IMG/VR virus record: IMGVR_UViG_3300025519_000044
Location: 1 to 64,000 of that record
DNA from: a virus
Length of the DNA stretch: 64,000 bases
Reading direction: 5' to 3' (one strand)
The notes below the pieces were generated by a model that did not search any database, was not told where the DNA came from, and saw nothing but the letters and a program-made list of their open reading frames with translations. A program made the translations under genes and the position numbers. Below are positions 1-9,240 of the stretch, piece by piece. Within the stretch, counting starts at the first letter, position 1; the number at the start of each line of letters is the position of its first letter.

Positions 1-153
1 CACTTTCAACTCCTCCTCTTTTTCCTCTACATATTTCCTCATCAATTGTCGGATGACTTCACTCTTGTTTTGCATCAGTGCTTCATTTACGCGGTCGAAC
101 CGATCAAGAAGGTCCTGATCAATCCTGTATTGCCTCGTACGTTTCACTTTCAT
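1..153 (-). CDS. 5' part of RHH/CopG-like protein, truncated by window edge (copy of 48695-49087)
   Basis: Matches the 5' end of 48695..49087; ATG at 153 with GGGAGG RBS. Confidence 0.7.
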   Translation of the reverse strand, partial: MKVKRTRQYRIDQDLLDRFDRVNEALMQNKSEVIRQLMRKYVEEKEEELKV

Positions 154-190
154 ACCTCCCATAACCAAAAAGATGGACACAACATGCGCA

Positions 191-219
191 TTGACATGAT
201 AAAAGTTTGTGATTATAAT
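191..219 (+). promoter_or_regulatory. Consensus sigma-A promoter of the mini CRISPR array (copy 1)
   Basis: TTGACA(191-196)-17 bp-TATAAT(214-219); expected start site ~225-226 is the start of repeat 1. Confidence 0.9.
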
Positions 220-224
220 TAGTC

Positions 225-320
225 CATGAACCATAACACAGGGTGTATTTAAATAGTATCTTTTTAATTAATTAACCTGTGCTATTTTTTATTGAACCGT
301 AACATGAGATGTAAGGGAAG
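225..320 (+). CRISPR. Mini CRISPR array, type I-B-like repeats, one 36-nt spacer (copy 1)
   Basis: CATGAACCATAACACAGGGTGTATTTAAAT (225-254), spacer 255-290, ATTGAACCGTAACATGAGATGTAAGGGAAG (291-320); resembles the 30-nt GTTGAACnnTAACATnnGATGTATTTAAAT repeat family. Confidence 0.78.
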
Positions 321-349
321 AGGGAGCGAACATAAATCCGCTCTCTTTT

Positions 350-859
350 CTATTTTTCCGGTTTCCCGAATTTTTCCGTAAGCGCAGTTTCTGATATAAA
401 CGTATAGGCGCCGTTACTTTTAAAATGGCCATCCGGATAATCGGCGCCGTCTATCTCTTCCACCGATATGCCCCAAGTTTTTGCGGCATCCTTTGCTTCC
501 CACACCTTAATGCCAAGTGGTTTAAAAGTTTTTCGCATTTCCCGGTACATTTCGTATGCTTCCGCGCGATTCTTTCGTTTGTTATTACGTTCTGCTATTA
601 TTTCCTTTATTTTATCGGCAGCCGCCAGAAACTCATCTTCATCTACTTCCCACGTTCCAACCGTTTTATAATCTGTTTGTAGTCTAGATTCGCTGTTGTC
701 GAAAGTGGTTGACGGTAAAACCTCCCCAAGGCTGAATATGTAATCTTCCTTAACGGCATGTTCGACAATCGCAAATGCCTCGGCAGCTTTTGGTGTCCCC
801 TTTACAAGCTCCGGGTAAACAGTTTCGGAATAAGACGTTTCTTTATACACAATTTTCAT
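350..859 (-). CDS. Hypothetical protein, possible C-terminal HTH-like domain (identical to 49284-49793)
   Basis: 169 aa ORF with GGAGG RBS; duplicated. Confidence 0.75.
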   Translation of the reverse strand: MKIVYKETSYSETVYPELVKGTPKAAEAFAIVEHAVKEDYIFSLGEVLPSTTFDNSESRLQTDYKTVGTWEVDEDEFLAAADKIKEIIAERNNKRKNRAEAYEMYREMRKTFKPLGIKVWEAKDAAKTWGISVEEIDGADYPDGHFKSNGAYTFISETALTEKFGKPEK

Positions 860-878
860 TTTTGTTTCCTCCTAATTT

Positions 879-1250
879 TTATGCATTAATTTTAGCGCCT
901 TTAAATCTCCAAAACGCTTTTGTTACCGGTGTATATGTGCCACGTTCTTGTGCCACAATAACACCGTTTTGCAATTCAAGAAACCCTTGTTCTTTACGGT
1001 ATCCGGATCCGGTATAGTAATTTACGTATAAGCGTTCCTTCCCATATTTTGCCCAGTAGTTAACGGAATAGGAATCGCTCTTCATTACGGAATTGATGTA
1101 GGTTTCAACATCTTCCACCGTAATTTCTTTTGCTGCTTTTGCCTCCTTCCATGCGAGCCGGAGAGATTCTGCAAAGTATTCCTTTACCTTTCCGCCAAAT
1201 TTACGTTGTCCTGCTTTAGCAATCTCCCAAGCCCGTTTCATTACGTTCAT
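879..1250 (-). CDS. Small hypothetical phage protein (MKRAWEIAK N-terminus)
   Basis: 123 aa ORF, AAGGAG RBS, strong promoter upstream; near-identical to 49813-50184. Confidence 0.8.
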   Translation of the reverse strand: MNVMKRAWEIAKAGQRKFGGKVKEYFAESLRLAWKEAKAAKEITVEDVETYINSVMKSDSYSVNYWAKYGKERLYVNYYTGSGYRKEQGFLELQNGVIVAQERGTYTPVTKAFWRFKGAKINA

Positions 1251-1282
1251 TTCTCTTATCTCCTTTCCTTTATCTTGATTTC

Positions 1283-1311
1283 ATTGTATCATTTTGTATG
1301 TACATTGTCAA
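1283..1311 (-). promoter_or_regulatory. Strong sigma-A promoter for the leftward accessory genes
   Basis: Minus strand TTGACA-17 bp-TACAAT with extended -10 TG. Confidence 0.85.
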
Positions 1312-1489
1312 TACGTTTTTTGAATTTTTTTTTATTGGTTTTTGAAAAAAAGTGATCCAGCCAAAAAATCCCAAAAAATTTTTTCGAGGCATATAGACAA
1401 AATAGTTCAATTTTCCTATAATTTTGTTAGCAGGCGTTCCCAATTGTCCATGTATTTTGCAAAAAATACCCCCCTATATTATGCCTGCA

Positions 1490-1520
1490 AAAAAGAGCAG
1501 GCTTTCACCTGCTCTTTTTT
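1490..1520. terminator. Bidirectional intrinsic terminator
   Basis: AAAAAAGAGCAGG...CCTGCTCTTTTTT. Confidence 0.75.
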
Positions 1521-1556
1521 CTACTCAATACAGCTGGCTGGCTGTCATCTTTTGAG

Positions 1557-1848
1557 TTGTTGACGAATTGTTGACGAAATTCATCATTGTTGACCATTTT
1601 ACTCCCCATAAAATCAGATAACTAATTTTTAAAATCCACTTATACCAATGGTTTTCGATTCATTTCCATCGAGTTCCTAAATTGCCTAACACCTTCCCAA
1701 GGTGTGGGTCGCGGGTTCGAGTCCCGTCTTCCGCTTAAAGTTTAAACGCTCAAACCTCTTGATATAAAAGGGTTTGAGCGTTTTTTGCTTTTCAACAAAT
1801 TGTAGCTCACGGAAGCACAATTTATGACTTGTTGACGGATTGTTGACG
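1557..1848. mobile_element. attP-like site of phage A (tRNA-Gly core flanked by arm repeats)
   Basis: TTGTTGACS repeats at 1557, 1568, 1587 (left) and 1829, 1840 (right) around a tRNA 3' fragment, next to the integrase. Confidence 0.8.
1689..1735 (+). pseudogene. 3' portion of tRNA-Gly(CCC), the att core
   Basis: ACACCTT-CCC-AAGGTGT anticodon arm plus GGGTTCGAGTCCC T-arm and TCTTCCGCT acceptor strand; 5' half absent. Confidence 0.85.
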
Positions 1849-3054
1849 GTTTGATTCTTTTTGGCTTTTTGACCGGAAAATAGTATCCAATTTTTCAGCT
1901 GCCGACTTATCCGCAGTTCGGAGCGCGTGGCCGTAAGTATCCATCGTAATACCGATATCAGCATGCCCAAGTCTTTCTGATATAATTTTAGCATGCACAC
2001 CCTGGTTAATTAGAAGCGTAGCCGAAGTATGTCGCAGATCGTGCAGGCGGATATGCCTTACTCCAGCTTTTTTAACAAATCGGGACCACCATTTGCTTGG
2101 TGTCGTCGGATAAAGATGATGACCGTATTCGTTACAAAACAGCCATTGATGTTCTTGCTCATATGCATCGCCCATTTTTTCCTTTTCTTTTTCAAGATAC
2201 TTTACATAAAACTTTAGCTCATCCATAACGGTTTTAGGCAACGAGACAAGGCGTGCCGACTTTTTAGTTTTAGTTGACTTGATTTCGGGTTTATTATTTT
2301 CTCCCATTACAATGGTCTGGTCAATCTCAATTGTCTGCTCGTCAAAGTTTATTTTCGAGACTTCAAGCCCTAATAATTCGCCTTTCCGCAGCCCGCCGGC
2401 CAATGCGAGGGAAGTAAAGATCCGCCAATGGATCGGCTCAGATTGTACAGCTAAAAAAAGTTGTTCCACTTCTTCCTCGTCATACACATTAACTTTGTGC
2501 ATTTCCTCATCCTTATTTCGTGGCTTTTTCACACCGTCTACCGGATTGTTTTTTACCAGCTTCCATTCGTAAGCACGGCTCATGATGTTCCTTATCACCC
2601 GGTATGTATATTGTTTGACGTGGATTGAGCTTTCCCCATTTCCATCGGTGCGCTTTAGATTATTCAAAAGGTTTACGATGTGTATTGTTTTGATTTGGTC
2701 TAGCCTAAGGTCACCAAGCACCGGTTCTATATGGTTTTTAAAGTTGCTCAGATAATTATTTAAAGTGCCACCTGACAGGGCTTCTTTTGCATATTTTTTC
2801 TCCCATTCCTTTACAAACTCAGATAGTACCATTTTTTCAGGCGCAATATATTCCCCGGCTTCCACTTCAATTTTAAATTTTGTCAGTTCATCATTTAAAT
2901 ACTCATTGAGTTTTTTCTTTTTCTTTAATAACTGCGGATCATTAACATGGATTGTTTTTGTTCTTTTTAGACGTTTTCCTTTTGCACTGTAACCAATTTC
3001 AACAACCAATAGGAATGAGTTTTTTCCGCGTTTTTGTATACTTGCCATATTCAT
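1822..3054 (-). CDS. int: Tyrosine integrase (phage A)
   Basis: GLRKGE, HDLRHT, LGHADIGITMDTY catalytic motifs. Confidence 0.96.
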   Translation of the reverse strand: MNMASIQKRGKNSFLLVVEIGYSAKGKRLKRTKTIHVNDPQLLKKKKKLNEYLNDELTKFKIEVEAGEYIAPEKMVLSEFVKEWEKKYAKEALSGGTLNNYLSNFKNHIEPVLGDLRLDQIKTIHIVNLLNNLKRTDGNGESSIHVKQYTYRVIRNIMSRAYEWKLVKNNPVDGVKKPRNKDEEMHKVNVYDEEEVEQLFLAVQSEPIHWRIFTSLALAGGLRKGELLGLEVSKINFDEQTIEIDQTIVMGENNKPEIKSTKTKKSARLVSLPKTVMDELKFYVKYLEKEKEKMGDAYEQEHQWLFCNEYGHHLYPTTPSKWWSRFVKKAGVRHIRLHDLRHTSATLLINQGVHAKIISERLGHADIGITMDTYGHALRTADKSAAEKLDTIFRSKSQKESNRQQSVNKS

Positions 3055-3101
3055 TTACCTCCATTTTGTACAAAAAACTCATTGACATTGTACAGAAAAT
3101 T

Positions 3102-3116
3102 AAGTACGTATGTTCT
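3102..3116. promoter_or_regulatory. Possible LexA/SOS box upstream of int
   Basis: GTACGTATGTTC versus GAAC-N4-GTTC, one mismatch. Confidence 0.35.
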
Positions 3117-3152
3117 TCTTTAGTTCTAAAGAAAAGCCCCTCAGGGCCTTTC

Positions 3153-4373
3153 TTATCTTTCACATGCATAATTGTCGTGATCCCGGTCCATCTTTTCTTG
3201 ATAAGCAGGGTGTCCTTTTGGAACTCCATTTGGATATTTCTTTCTCAATTCGGTACAGTTTGCAAAAATTTCTGTTGCCCCGGAAGAAGCGGGAGCACTT
3301 GTAGCCGATGAACTTGAACTATTTGACGATCCAGAACTTGAAGATCCAGAACTCGTTGAATGCCTCGTTGTGCTGGAACTTGATCTACTGGAAGCTGTGC
3401 TTGTTCCTGCCGATGCCTTTGCACACCCATTGAATCCAGAATCAGTTACAAATCCACTATCTGACCATATATTGAGGTGCCTGCTTTTAGCAGCATTTTC
3501 ATCACTTTCATATTTTGAGAGATACTTGTATGGCGGGTTATAAATGTAAGCAACCCGGGCATATCCACTTTTTAGCAACTCCTCTTGGATTGACTTTCCA
3601 TTTACGAATACATATGCCAGTAGTCGGCCATACTTATCGTATTTGTCGCCATTGGTCTCAAATTCTAGGGTAAGTTTTCCACTGTTAACCAGCTGTTTGT
3701 TCTTGTTATATGCACTAACGGCATATGGCTGTACGCAAGTACCAGGTTTCTTTTCCTCTGGTGTGTCAACAAGCAAATAACGCACCGTTTCGGTTTTACC
3801 TTTGTAGTTTACCTTTATAGTATCCCCATCAACGGTTTCAACTAATGTGACAGCCTCTTGATTGGTTGGTGTTGTTTGCTTGTTGGTATTATTAGATTTT
3901 GATTGATTATTTTTGGTTTTTACAGCGGCAGTTGTGCCTGCGGCCACGGAAGCTTTATCTTTCTTTTGCTCATCCGCCTTTTTATCCTCATCTGCTTTCT
4001 TACTCTTCTCCTCTTTTTTGTCTTTATCCGCCTTCTTAGCAGTGGTTTCACTCTTTTTATTTTCTGCTTTTTTAATTTCAGACGAAGCTGTTTTTGTCTT
4101 GTTATCTTTGGTTGCTACATCTTGGTTTGGCGAACAAATTGAAAAAAGGACAGAGAAAACTATTGTTAAAATAAGGTAACCTATACCAGCAGATTTTCTT
4201 GATCTCTTCTTAGACCAAAACGCTAACTTTGGCTCAAACAAACCCGCAATCATTAAAGAAAAGCATACGCCTGACAGTAATAGGAAAAACCCGTATAAAT
4301 ATCTTCCAAGTACCAATAAGATGAGTAACACGACAATTATTCCTGCATACAACAGACTACCCTTTTTCACCAT
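3153..4373 (-). CDS. Membrane-anchored thermonuclease (SNase) with C-terminal Excalibur Ca-binding domain
   Basis: N-terminal TM helices; VDGDTI, VRYLLVDTPE, DKYGRLLAYV motifs; C-terminal NCTELR..DRDHDNYACE. Confidence 0.9.
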   Translation of the reverse strand: MVKKGSLLYAGIIVVLLILLVLGRYLYGFFLLLSGVCFSLMIAGLFEPKLAFWSKKRSRKSAGIGYLILTIVFSVLFSICSPNQDVATKDNKTKTASSEIKKAENKKSETTAKKADKDKKEEKSKKADEDKKADEQKKDKASVAAGTTAAVKTKNNQSKSNNTNKQTTPTNQEAVTLVETVDGDTIKVNYKGKTETVRYLLVDTPEEKKPGTCVQPYAVSAYNKNKQLVNSGKLTLEFETNGDKYDKYGRLLAYVFVNGKSIQEELLKSGYARVAYIYNPPYKYLSKYESDENAAKSRHLNIWSDSGFVTDSGFNGCAKASAGTSTASSRSSSSTTRHSTSSGSSSSGSSNSSSSSATSAPASSGATEIFANCTELRKKYPNGVPKGHPAYQEKMDRDHDNYACER

Positions 4374-4403
4374 TTATCCCCCTCAATCTAAAAAATTATA
4401 TAA

Positions 4404-5336
4404 TTATGAAGCTAGATCCTCTGAAAAATCATCGGATAGCTTATAATCACTGGAATTTTTATAAGCCGGCAAACCATGCATATAAGACTTCGCATTTTTA
4501 TAGATCGCTGGATTGATGTAATATCCACTTGCCACTTTGTAAAACTTATATGGGTTCAGATCGACAAGATTCCGAAAGTTCCCGTAAGAAATCGAATTCG
4601 CATCCTTTTTTGTAAAATAAGCAATAATTGCTGTTCCTGTAGTTTTGTTTCCTTTATTGTCTTCAAATGTCGTGTCACGGATAAAGGCAAATCCATTTAC
4701 ATTCGGATTATTTTTTTCTTTTTCCATGAGTCGAGTACTGTATAAAGCGAAATTCTGGAGCATGGTTTTCTCATTCGTTTCAAATTCATCTTTGAATTCG
4801 ATCACTGCAATTTTATCTTTTATATAAGCTGTTTTTACATTGTCTTTATCTGCTTTTTTAGCGGCTAATTTTAACTCGGAGCTGCTGGATGCTCCTTTCA
4901 TGGTATCTGATTCGACTGTATCCGAGCTGGAATCGGAAGAAGCTGTATTTGATTTATCATTTGTATCTTTACCAGTAAATTGATCGACAGAAGTGTCATA
5001 AGCTGTCAAAAGTCCCTGTTGCTCTTTCCTTATCAACACATAAGCGTTTGAGTTAATATCATCACTCATGTCAAATGTAAGAATTACATAAGAATCTTTT
5101 GCTAATTTATGTTTAATGCTGTAATACCACATGTTGCTATTATTAGGGTCTTTCTTCGTTGGCTTCCCTATTGCCTTAATCACTTGTTTTTTTGTCATTC
5201 CTATTTTCAAATTTTTATATTCAGTTGGCGCAATATAGTTAACATGGCGCTTAGGCGCTTGAGTTTGAGGCTTGCCGCAGCCCATTAATGATAAAATTAC
5301 AGATAATGTTATTAATGAAATAACAATTTTTCTCAT
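4404..5336 (-). CDS. Lipoprotein with SmpA/BamE-like N-terminal domain
   Basis: Lipobox LMG-C; LKIGMTKKQVIKAIGKP motif. Confidence 0.7.
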   Translation of the reverse strand: MRKIVISLITLSVILSLMGCGKPQTQAPKRHVNYIAPTEYKNLKIGMTKKQVIKAIGKPTKKDPNNSNMWYYSIKHKLAKDSYVILTFDMSDDINSNAYVLIRKEQQGLLTAYDTSVDQFTGKDTNDKSNTASSDSSSDTVESDTMKGASSSSELKLAAKKADKDNVKTAYIKDKIAVIEFKDEFETNEKTMLQNFALYSTRLMEKEKNNPNVNGFAFIRDTTFEDNKGNKTTGTAIIAYFTKKDANSISYGNFRNLVDLNPYKFYKVASGYYINPAIYKNAKSYMHGLPAYKNSSDYKLSDDFSEDLAS

Positions 5337-5373
5337 ATATATTCGCCTCGAGTTATAAGTTTTTCCAGTTGGT

Positions 5374-6000
5374 TTACAGTGAAAATTGTTCCTTGCCGTT
5401 AGCCATGATTACTAAATTCTGCTTTTTTACGTTTGGAATTCTATAAAATATTGGATCTGGTTGTAGCTCACGTAATTCATCAGAATCTGTATTGAAAATA
5501 CAAGTTTCCTGCAATAAATTTAAGCGGTTCAAAGCAAAATCAACCGTCACATTATATTCTTTCGCAAGTTCATCAGCTAAAATTTGACGATTATTATAAT
5601 GTTGAGAAACATCAGCTTTTAATATCCAGCTAACCGGCATTAATAAATTTGCAGCCAATTTGAAAGCCTGCAGTTCCGTTTTATTCAGTGAATATTCGTT
5701 CATCAGCAATTCGTTTGAATAGTGTAGATACAAATGAGAAAATTCTTCAGCAAGAATTTGTCTTTCGACAATTTCATTTTTGTATGTCCCTAATTCAATA
5801 AGGCCCCGTCGCTTATCTTTAATAGGCCAGGATCGACTGTATGGTTCCTTGATGTGATTTATTTTCATGCCATATAAATCGCATAGTGTAAATAGATCAA
5901 TTTCAGACGGATGCTTGAATTGAACATGTTTCAATATTTTCTTTGCCTCTTCTTCGTAAAAATCTTTTTTCTTCATTAAAATAAATTGTCGAAGTCTCAT
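5374..6000 (-). CDS. ImmA/IrrE-family metallopeptidase (anti-repressor)
   Basis: LAEEFSHLYLH and ELQAFKLAANLLMP motifs; adjacent to the repressor. Confidence 0.85.
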   Translation of the reverse strand: MRLRQFILMKKKDFYEEEAKKILKHVQFKHPSEIDLFTLCDLYGMKINHIKEPYSRSWPIKDKRRGLIELGTYKNEIVERQILAEEFSHLYLHYSNELLMNEYSLNKTELQAFKLAANLLMPVSWILKADVSQHYNNRQILADELAKEYNVTVDFALNRLNLLQETCIFNTDSDELRELQPDPIFYRIPNVKKQNLVIMANGKEQFSL

Positions 6001-6023
6001 TGTTCCACCTCAAATCGGATATG

Positions 6024-6428
6024 TCATTCTAAATAGTCATTATCATCCTTTAATGCTTCCTCTACATATTTCTTGTATAACTCATAAGATTTTATCAAGT
6101 GCCTTACGTTTTTTTCGGGATCTTTTTTTAAATCATGGAATAATGATGGATGTTTCAATAATTCCTTAAAAACTTCATATTCATCTTTATCCAATGTGAT
6201 TTTTTCTCCAGCAACATCAATTTCCTTGTCCTCTTCACCCAATATGTAAGCAGTCGTTACTCCAAATAAATCAGCAAACGCTTTTATTTCTTGGTCTTTC
6301 AACGGACGTTTACCGGATTCAATTCTGCTTATCACCGAATAATCTATTCCTATTCGTTTTTCAACTTCCCTCAAAGACCAGTTGTTCTGTTCCCTTAGTT
6401 TTTTAATAATCTGACCTGGTTCGGACAT
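6024..6428 (-). CDS. XRE-family CI/ImmR repressor
   Basis: HTH_3 (IKKLRE..SRIESGKR); divergent from cro. Confidence 0.9.
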   Translation of the reverse strand: MSEPGQIIKKLREQNNWSLREVEKRIGIDYSVISRIESGKRPLKDQEIKAFADLFGVTTAYILGEEDKEIDVAGEKITLDKDEYEVFKELLKHPSLFHDLKKDPEKNVRHLIKSYELYKKYVEEALKDDNDYLE

Positions 6429-6443
6429 GGTATCACCACGCTT

Positions 6444-6576
6444 TTTTCTGTTTTAGCAATAATATTTTATCATGTTTCTGTTTTAGAAACATATTTTTTG
6501 CTGAAATAACAACAAAAAATGTTGACTTTGCCAAAATAACAAATTATAATAAAGTCAAGTTGTTAATATAGCAACA
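6444..6576. promoter_or_regulatory. Phage A switch region: lytic promoter and operators
   Basis: TTGACT(6522)-17-TATAAT(6545); several imperfect GTTGCT-N5-AGCAAC palindromes, with another inside cro at ~6797. Confidence 0.75.
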
Positions 6577-6591
6577 AGAAAGGAGGACATC

Positions 6592-6834
6592 ATGCAACAG
6601 TTTAACCTTGCGTTCATTGTTAAAAGAAGGAAAGAGCTCAATCTTTCACTTCAGTATATGGCGGATGGGTTAGGATTCAGGAATGCCTCAACCTATTTAA
6701 AATACGAAAGGGGAGAATATCAGTTAAGGGCAAATCAACTGCCCATTTTAGCCAAGCTACTGCAATGCAGTGTATCAGATTTTTTTATAAAAAACGTTGC
6801 TAAATCAGCAACAAAAGCAAAGGAGGTTTGTTAA
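6592..6834 (+). CDS. Cro-like XRE regulator
   Basis: Small HTH divergent from CI; AGGAGG RBS. Confidence 0.85.
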   Translation: MQQFNLAFIVKRRKELNLSLQYMADGLGFRNASTYLKYERGEYQLRANQLPILAKLLQCSVSDFFIKNVAKSATKAKEVC

Positions 6835-7620
6835 TTGAACTCATTGCAAGTCTTCAATTTTAAACAAAATGAAGTTCGCACCATTTTAAAAGATGGCGAA
6901 CCATGGTTTGTTGCAAAAGATGTAGCAAGTATTTTGGAATTTAAAGATGCTTTTTCGATGTGCCAGCATTTAGACGATGATGAAAAGCAAAACCTTCAAT
7001 TAGAAGGTTTTAAACGGGGAGCTATTGCCATAAGCGAGTCAGGACTATATTCAGCAATACTCCGCAGCCGCAAACCTGAAGCCAAAGAATTCAAACGTTG
7101 GATTACCCATGAGGTTATCCCGTCCATCCGAAAACATGGCGCATACATGACACCAGAAACGCTCGAAAAAACAATCAGTGATCCTGACTTCCTGATCGGG
7201 CTACTTACCAATCTCAAAGAAGAAAAAGCAAAACGAGTTAAGGCCGAGCAGGAACGAAATCAATTGATCGAACAGCAAAAAGCTGACCTACCGTATACAA
7301 GTTTTGGAAAAGTCGTTTCAAACTCAACTGGTGCAATCAGTATCGGAGCATTTGCCAAAATGCTGTACGACAAGCACGGCATCAACATCGGCCGTAACAA
7401 ATTATTCGCTTGGCTACGTTCCCATGGATATCTCATCTCCGGCGGACGTGAACACAACAATCCAAAACAAACTTATTTGGAACAAGGGTTGTTTGTTGTA
7501 AAGCCAACCGTTGTCAGCCGAACAGAAGGAGACGTTGAAAAACTAACACCTCTAATCACTGGCAAGGGTCAAATCAAAATTGCCGAACTCCTGATCAAAG
7601 AATTTGAGGTGGTGGTCTAA
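6835..7620 (+). CDS. Antirepressor (BRO-N plus KilAC/ANT)
   Basis: EPWFVAKDV, FKRWITHEVIPSIRKHG, GRNKLFAWLR, ITGKGQ. Confidence 0.92.
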   Translation: MNSLQVFNFKQNEVRTILKDGEPWFVAKDVASILEFKDAFSMCQHLDDDEKQNLQLEGFKRGAIAISESGLYSAILRSRKPEAKEFKRWITHEVIPSIRKHGAYMTPETLEKTISDPDFLIGLLTNLKEEKAKRVKAEQERNQLIEQQKADLPYTSFGKVVSNSTGAISIGAFAKMLYDKHGINIGRNKLFAWLRSHGYLISGGREHNNPKQTYLEQGLFVVKPTVVSRTEGDVEKLTPLITGKGQIKIAELLIKEFEVVV

Positions 7621-7806
7621 ATGCGTAACAACACCCTAACAGTCCAAGAAGTTGCAACTTATTTAGGTGTTCACCCAGACACAATTTATACCATGGTCCG
7701 TGAAAAGCAGATCCCATTTTTCCGAGTTAGGAAACGCATCTTCTTTTCGCGTGAATCAATCGATAAATGGATTGCTGCCCAGGAAAACAGTGTTGCATCG
7801 TTCTAG
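7621..7806 (+). CDS. Excisionase-like HTH_17 protein
   Basis: LTVQEVATYLGV..IP..R pattern. Confidence 0.8.
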   Translation: MRNNTLTVQEVATYLGVHPDTIYTMVREKQIPFFRVRKRIFFSRESIDKWIAAQENSVASF

Positions 7807-7869
7807 TTTTATCTTACTGTTTTCTGATGTCCAGAATAAACAAGATCTTTGTACAGGGGGAAACTACTG

Positions 7870-8388
7870 ATGAAAGAATCTGCAAAGGTGCAAGAAGCCT
7901 TGGCGATTCTGCAACAAGAAGGACTAACACAGAAACAAATCGCACAAGACACTTACCAGTCATATGAACTGGTAAACAAGCAAACGAAAGGAACGCGTAC
8001 CATGAATAAAGATGTCGCACGTCATGCCATACAGACCTATAAAAATTATGAATTCGAGCAATCAATCCTGCACGAGTTTTCGGAAGGACTGGCAAGCCCG
8101 GTTATGGGAGGACCGTACGTTGAACGGCACCGTATGGTTCTGGAAGAAATCGCAGAAGCAGAGATAAAGGATGCACTCCGTATCATCGACGAAGTTTCCT
8201 TGGTCAAGCCTCCGAACGTATGCTCAAATGACGAACGGGAGGATGTTCGACGGATGATGCATGAGCTCATCGAGGCTCGGGTAACGATCGACAACCTGCT
8301 CATGATATTGGAACGAGATTATGGTTTTACTGTAATGGAAGAATCAAAGAAAGTACTTAGAAAACTACGAAGTGAGAGGCGAATTTGA
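7870..8388 (+). CDS. Hypothetical phage regulator (HTH-like N-terminus)
   Basis: ORF in early operon; RBS before 7870. Confidence 0.55.
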   Translation: MKESAKVQEALAILQQEGLTQKQIAQDTYQSYELVNKQTKGTRTMNKDVARHAIQTYKNYEFEQSILHEFSEGLASPVMGGPYVERHRMVLEEIAEAEIKDALRIIDEVSLVKPPNVCSNDEREDVRRMMHELIEARVTIDNLLMILERDYGFTVMEESKKVLRKLRSERRI

Positions 8389-8672
8389 TGATTACCAAAG
8401 AAGATTTTTTGCCGGTTGATTTGCCAAAAGCAATTGAGCATTACAAATGCTGTAAAACATGCCTGCATTTAGCTGAAACCGAACTGGAACTCGGGCAGCT
8501 CAACATGGCAGAAATGCGAATGATTGATTTTAACCGGTCTCTCGCAGAGCTGAAGCGATTGAAAGAACGGAAAATCCAGCAGGACCGAATCAATGCCATG
8601 ATTTGTGAATTGATCGAAAAAGGCATTGATATTCACAAAATTATATTTTTGGGTGGTCAACAAAATGGGTGA
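8385..8672 (+). CDS. Hypothetical phage protein (YqaH-like)
   Basis: Coupled ORF in skin-element-like synteny. Confidence 0.5.
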   Translation: MMITKEDFLPVDLPKAIEHYKCCKTCLHLAETELELGQLNMAEMRMIDFNRSLAELKRLKERKIQQDRINAMICELIEKGIDIHKIIFLGGQQNG

Positions 8673-8960
8673 GCTCATATTCATGGGATGGTTTGTTCCG
8701 GCCGTAATCATTGGCAGATGGCTTTTAGAGGAGTGGCTGAAATGAATATTTACGAAAAGGCTGAAATTATTCTGGAAGCATTGTCCGAATACATCAACGT
8801 CGACGATGAAGCTTTTCATGACATTTATATCAAAGCAATCGTCAATGGCTTGGTTGAAATTAGACAAAAAGAAAAGCAGTAAGAAGTTGGCGCTTCAAAC
8901 TGCCTATAACGTTCACGCATGTAATTTACTCTTTCATTGTATCACAGTGAGGTGTGTTAA

Positions 8961-9143
8961 ATGAAGAAAAAACTGACTAACTATTCAAGCGTTGATCATC
9001 ATTGGAAAAAGCTGCTAGGTTGCAAGTGCGGATGGTTCATTGAGACCACAGACGTGCTTCTCATTATCAAAGATTACAACCATAGCAGGCTAATAGATTA
9101 CAGGCAAGAAATTAAGTCGAAACTAGGCGCAATGATCGCCTAG
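8961..9143 (+). CDS. Small hypothetical protein
   Basis: GAGGTG RBS; stop codon lies inside the hammerhead. Confidence 0.55.
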   Translation: MKKKLTNYSSVDHHWKKLLGCKCGWFIETTDVLLIIKDYNHSRLIDYRQEIKSKLGAMIA

Positions 9144-9183
9144 TCCGCCGGAGATAGCCTCCCGGCGCTGATGAGACAGGCTG
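9116..9183 (+). ncRNA. Type II hammerhead ribozyme
   Basis: GTC-GAAA, stem III CTAGGCG/CGCCTAG, TC cleavage site, stem I CGCCGG/CCGGCG, CTGATGA-GAC; loop TAGCCT can pair with AGGCTG. Confidence 0.9.
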
Positions 9184-9240
9184 CGGAAAGGGGCGAATCA
9201 ATGAAAATTAAAACAGGTGATTGGCTTAAACTGAATCGTT

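Larger units (their letters stand above)
1..1520. repeat. Copy 1 of a ~1.5 kb direct repeat (copy 2 at ~48935-50450)
   Basis: The same ORFs recur at offset 48934. The copies look identical up to ~880, then show scattered SNPs (AAKEIT/EAKEIT, GTYTP/GAYTP); homology ends at the terminator near 1520/50448. Confidence 0.97.

Noticed and set aside
1689-1735. Functional tRNA-Gly gene
   Set aside because: The acceptor 5' strand and D-arm are missing, so it is an att core only. The same applies to the tRNA-Arg fragment at 51353-51373.
8600-8615. Self-target of the I-C-like unique segment (TGTGAATTG)
   Set aside because: Only ~9 nt match, expected by chance; a full search could not be run.
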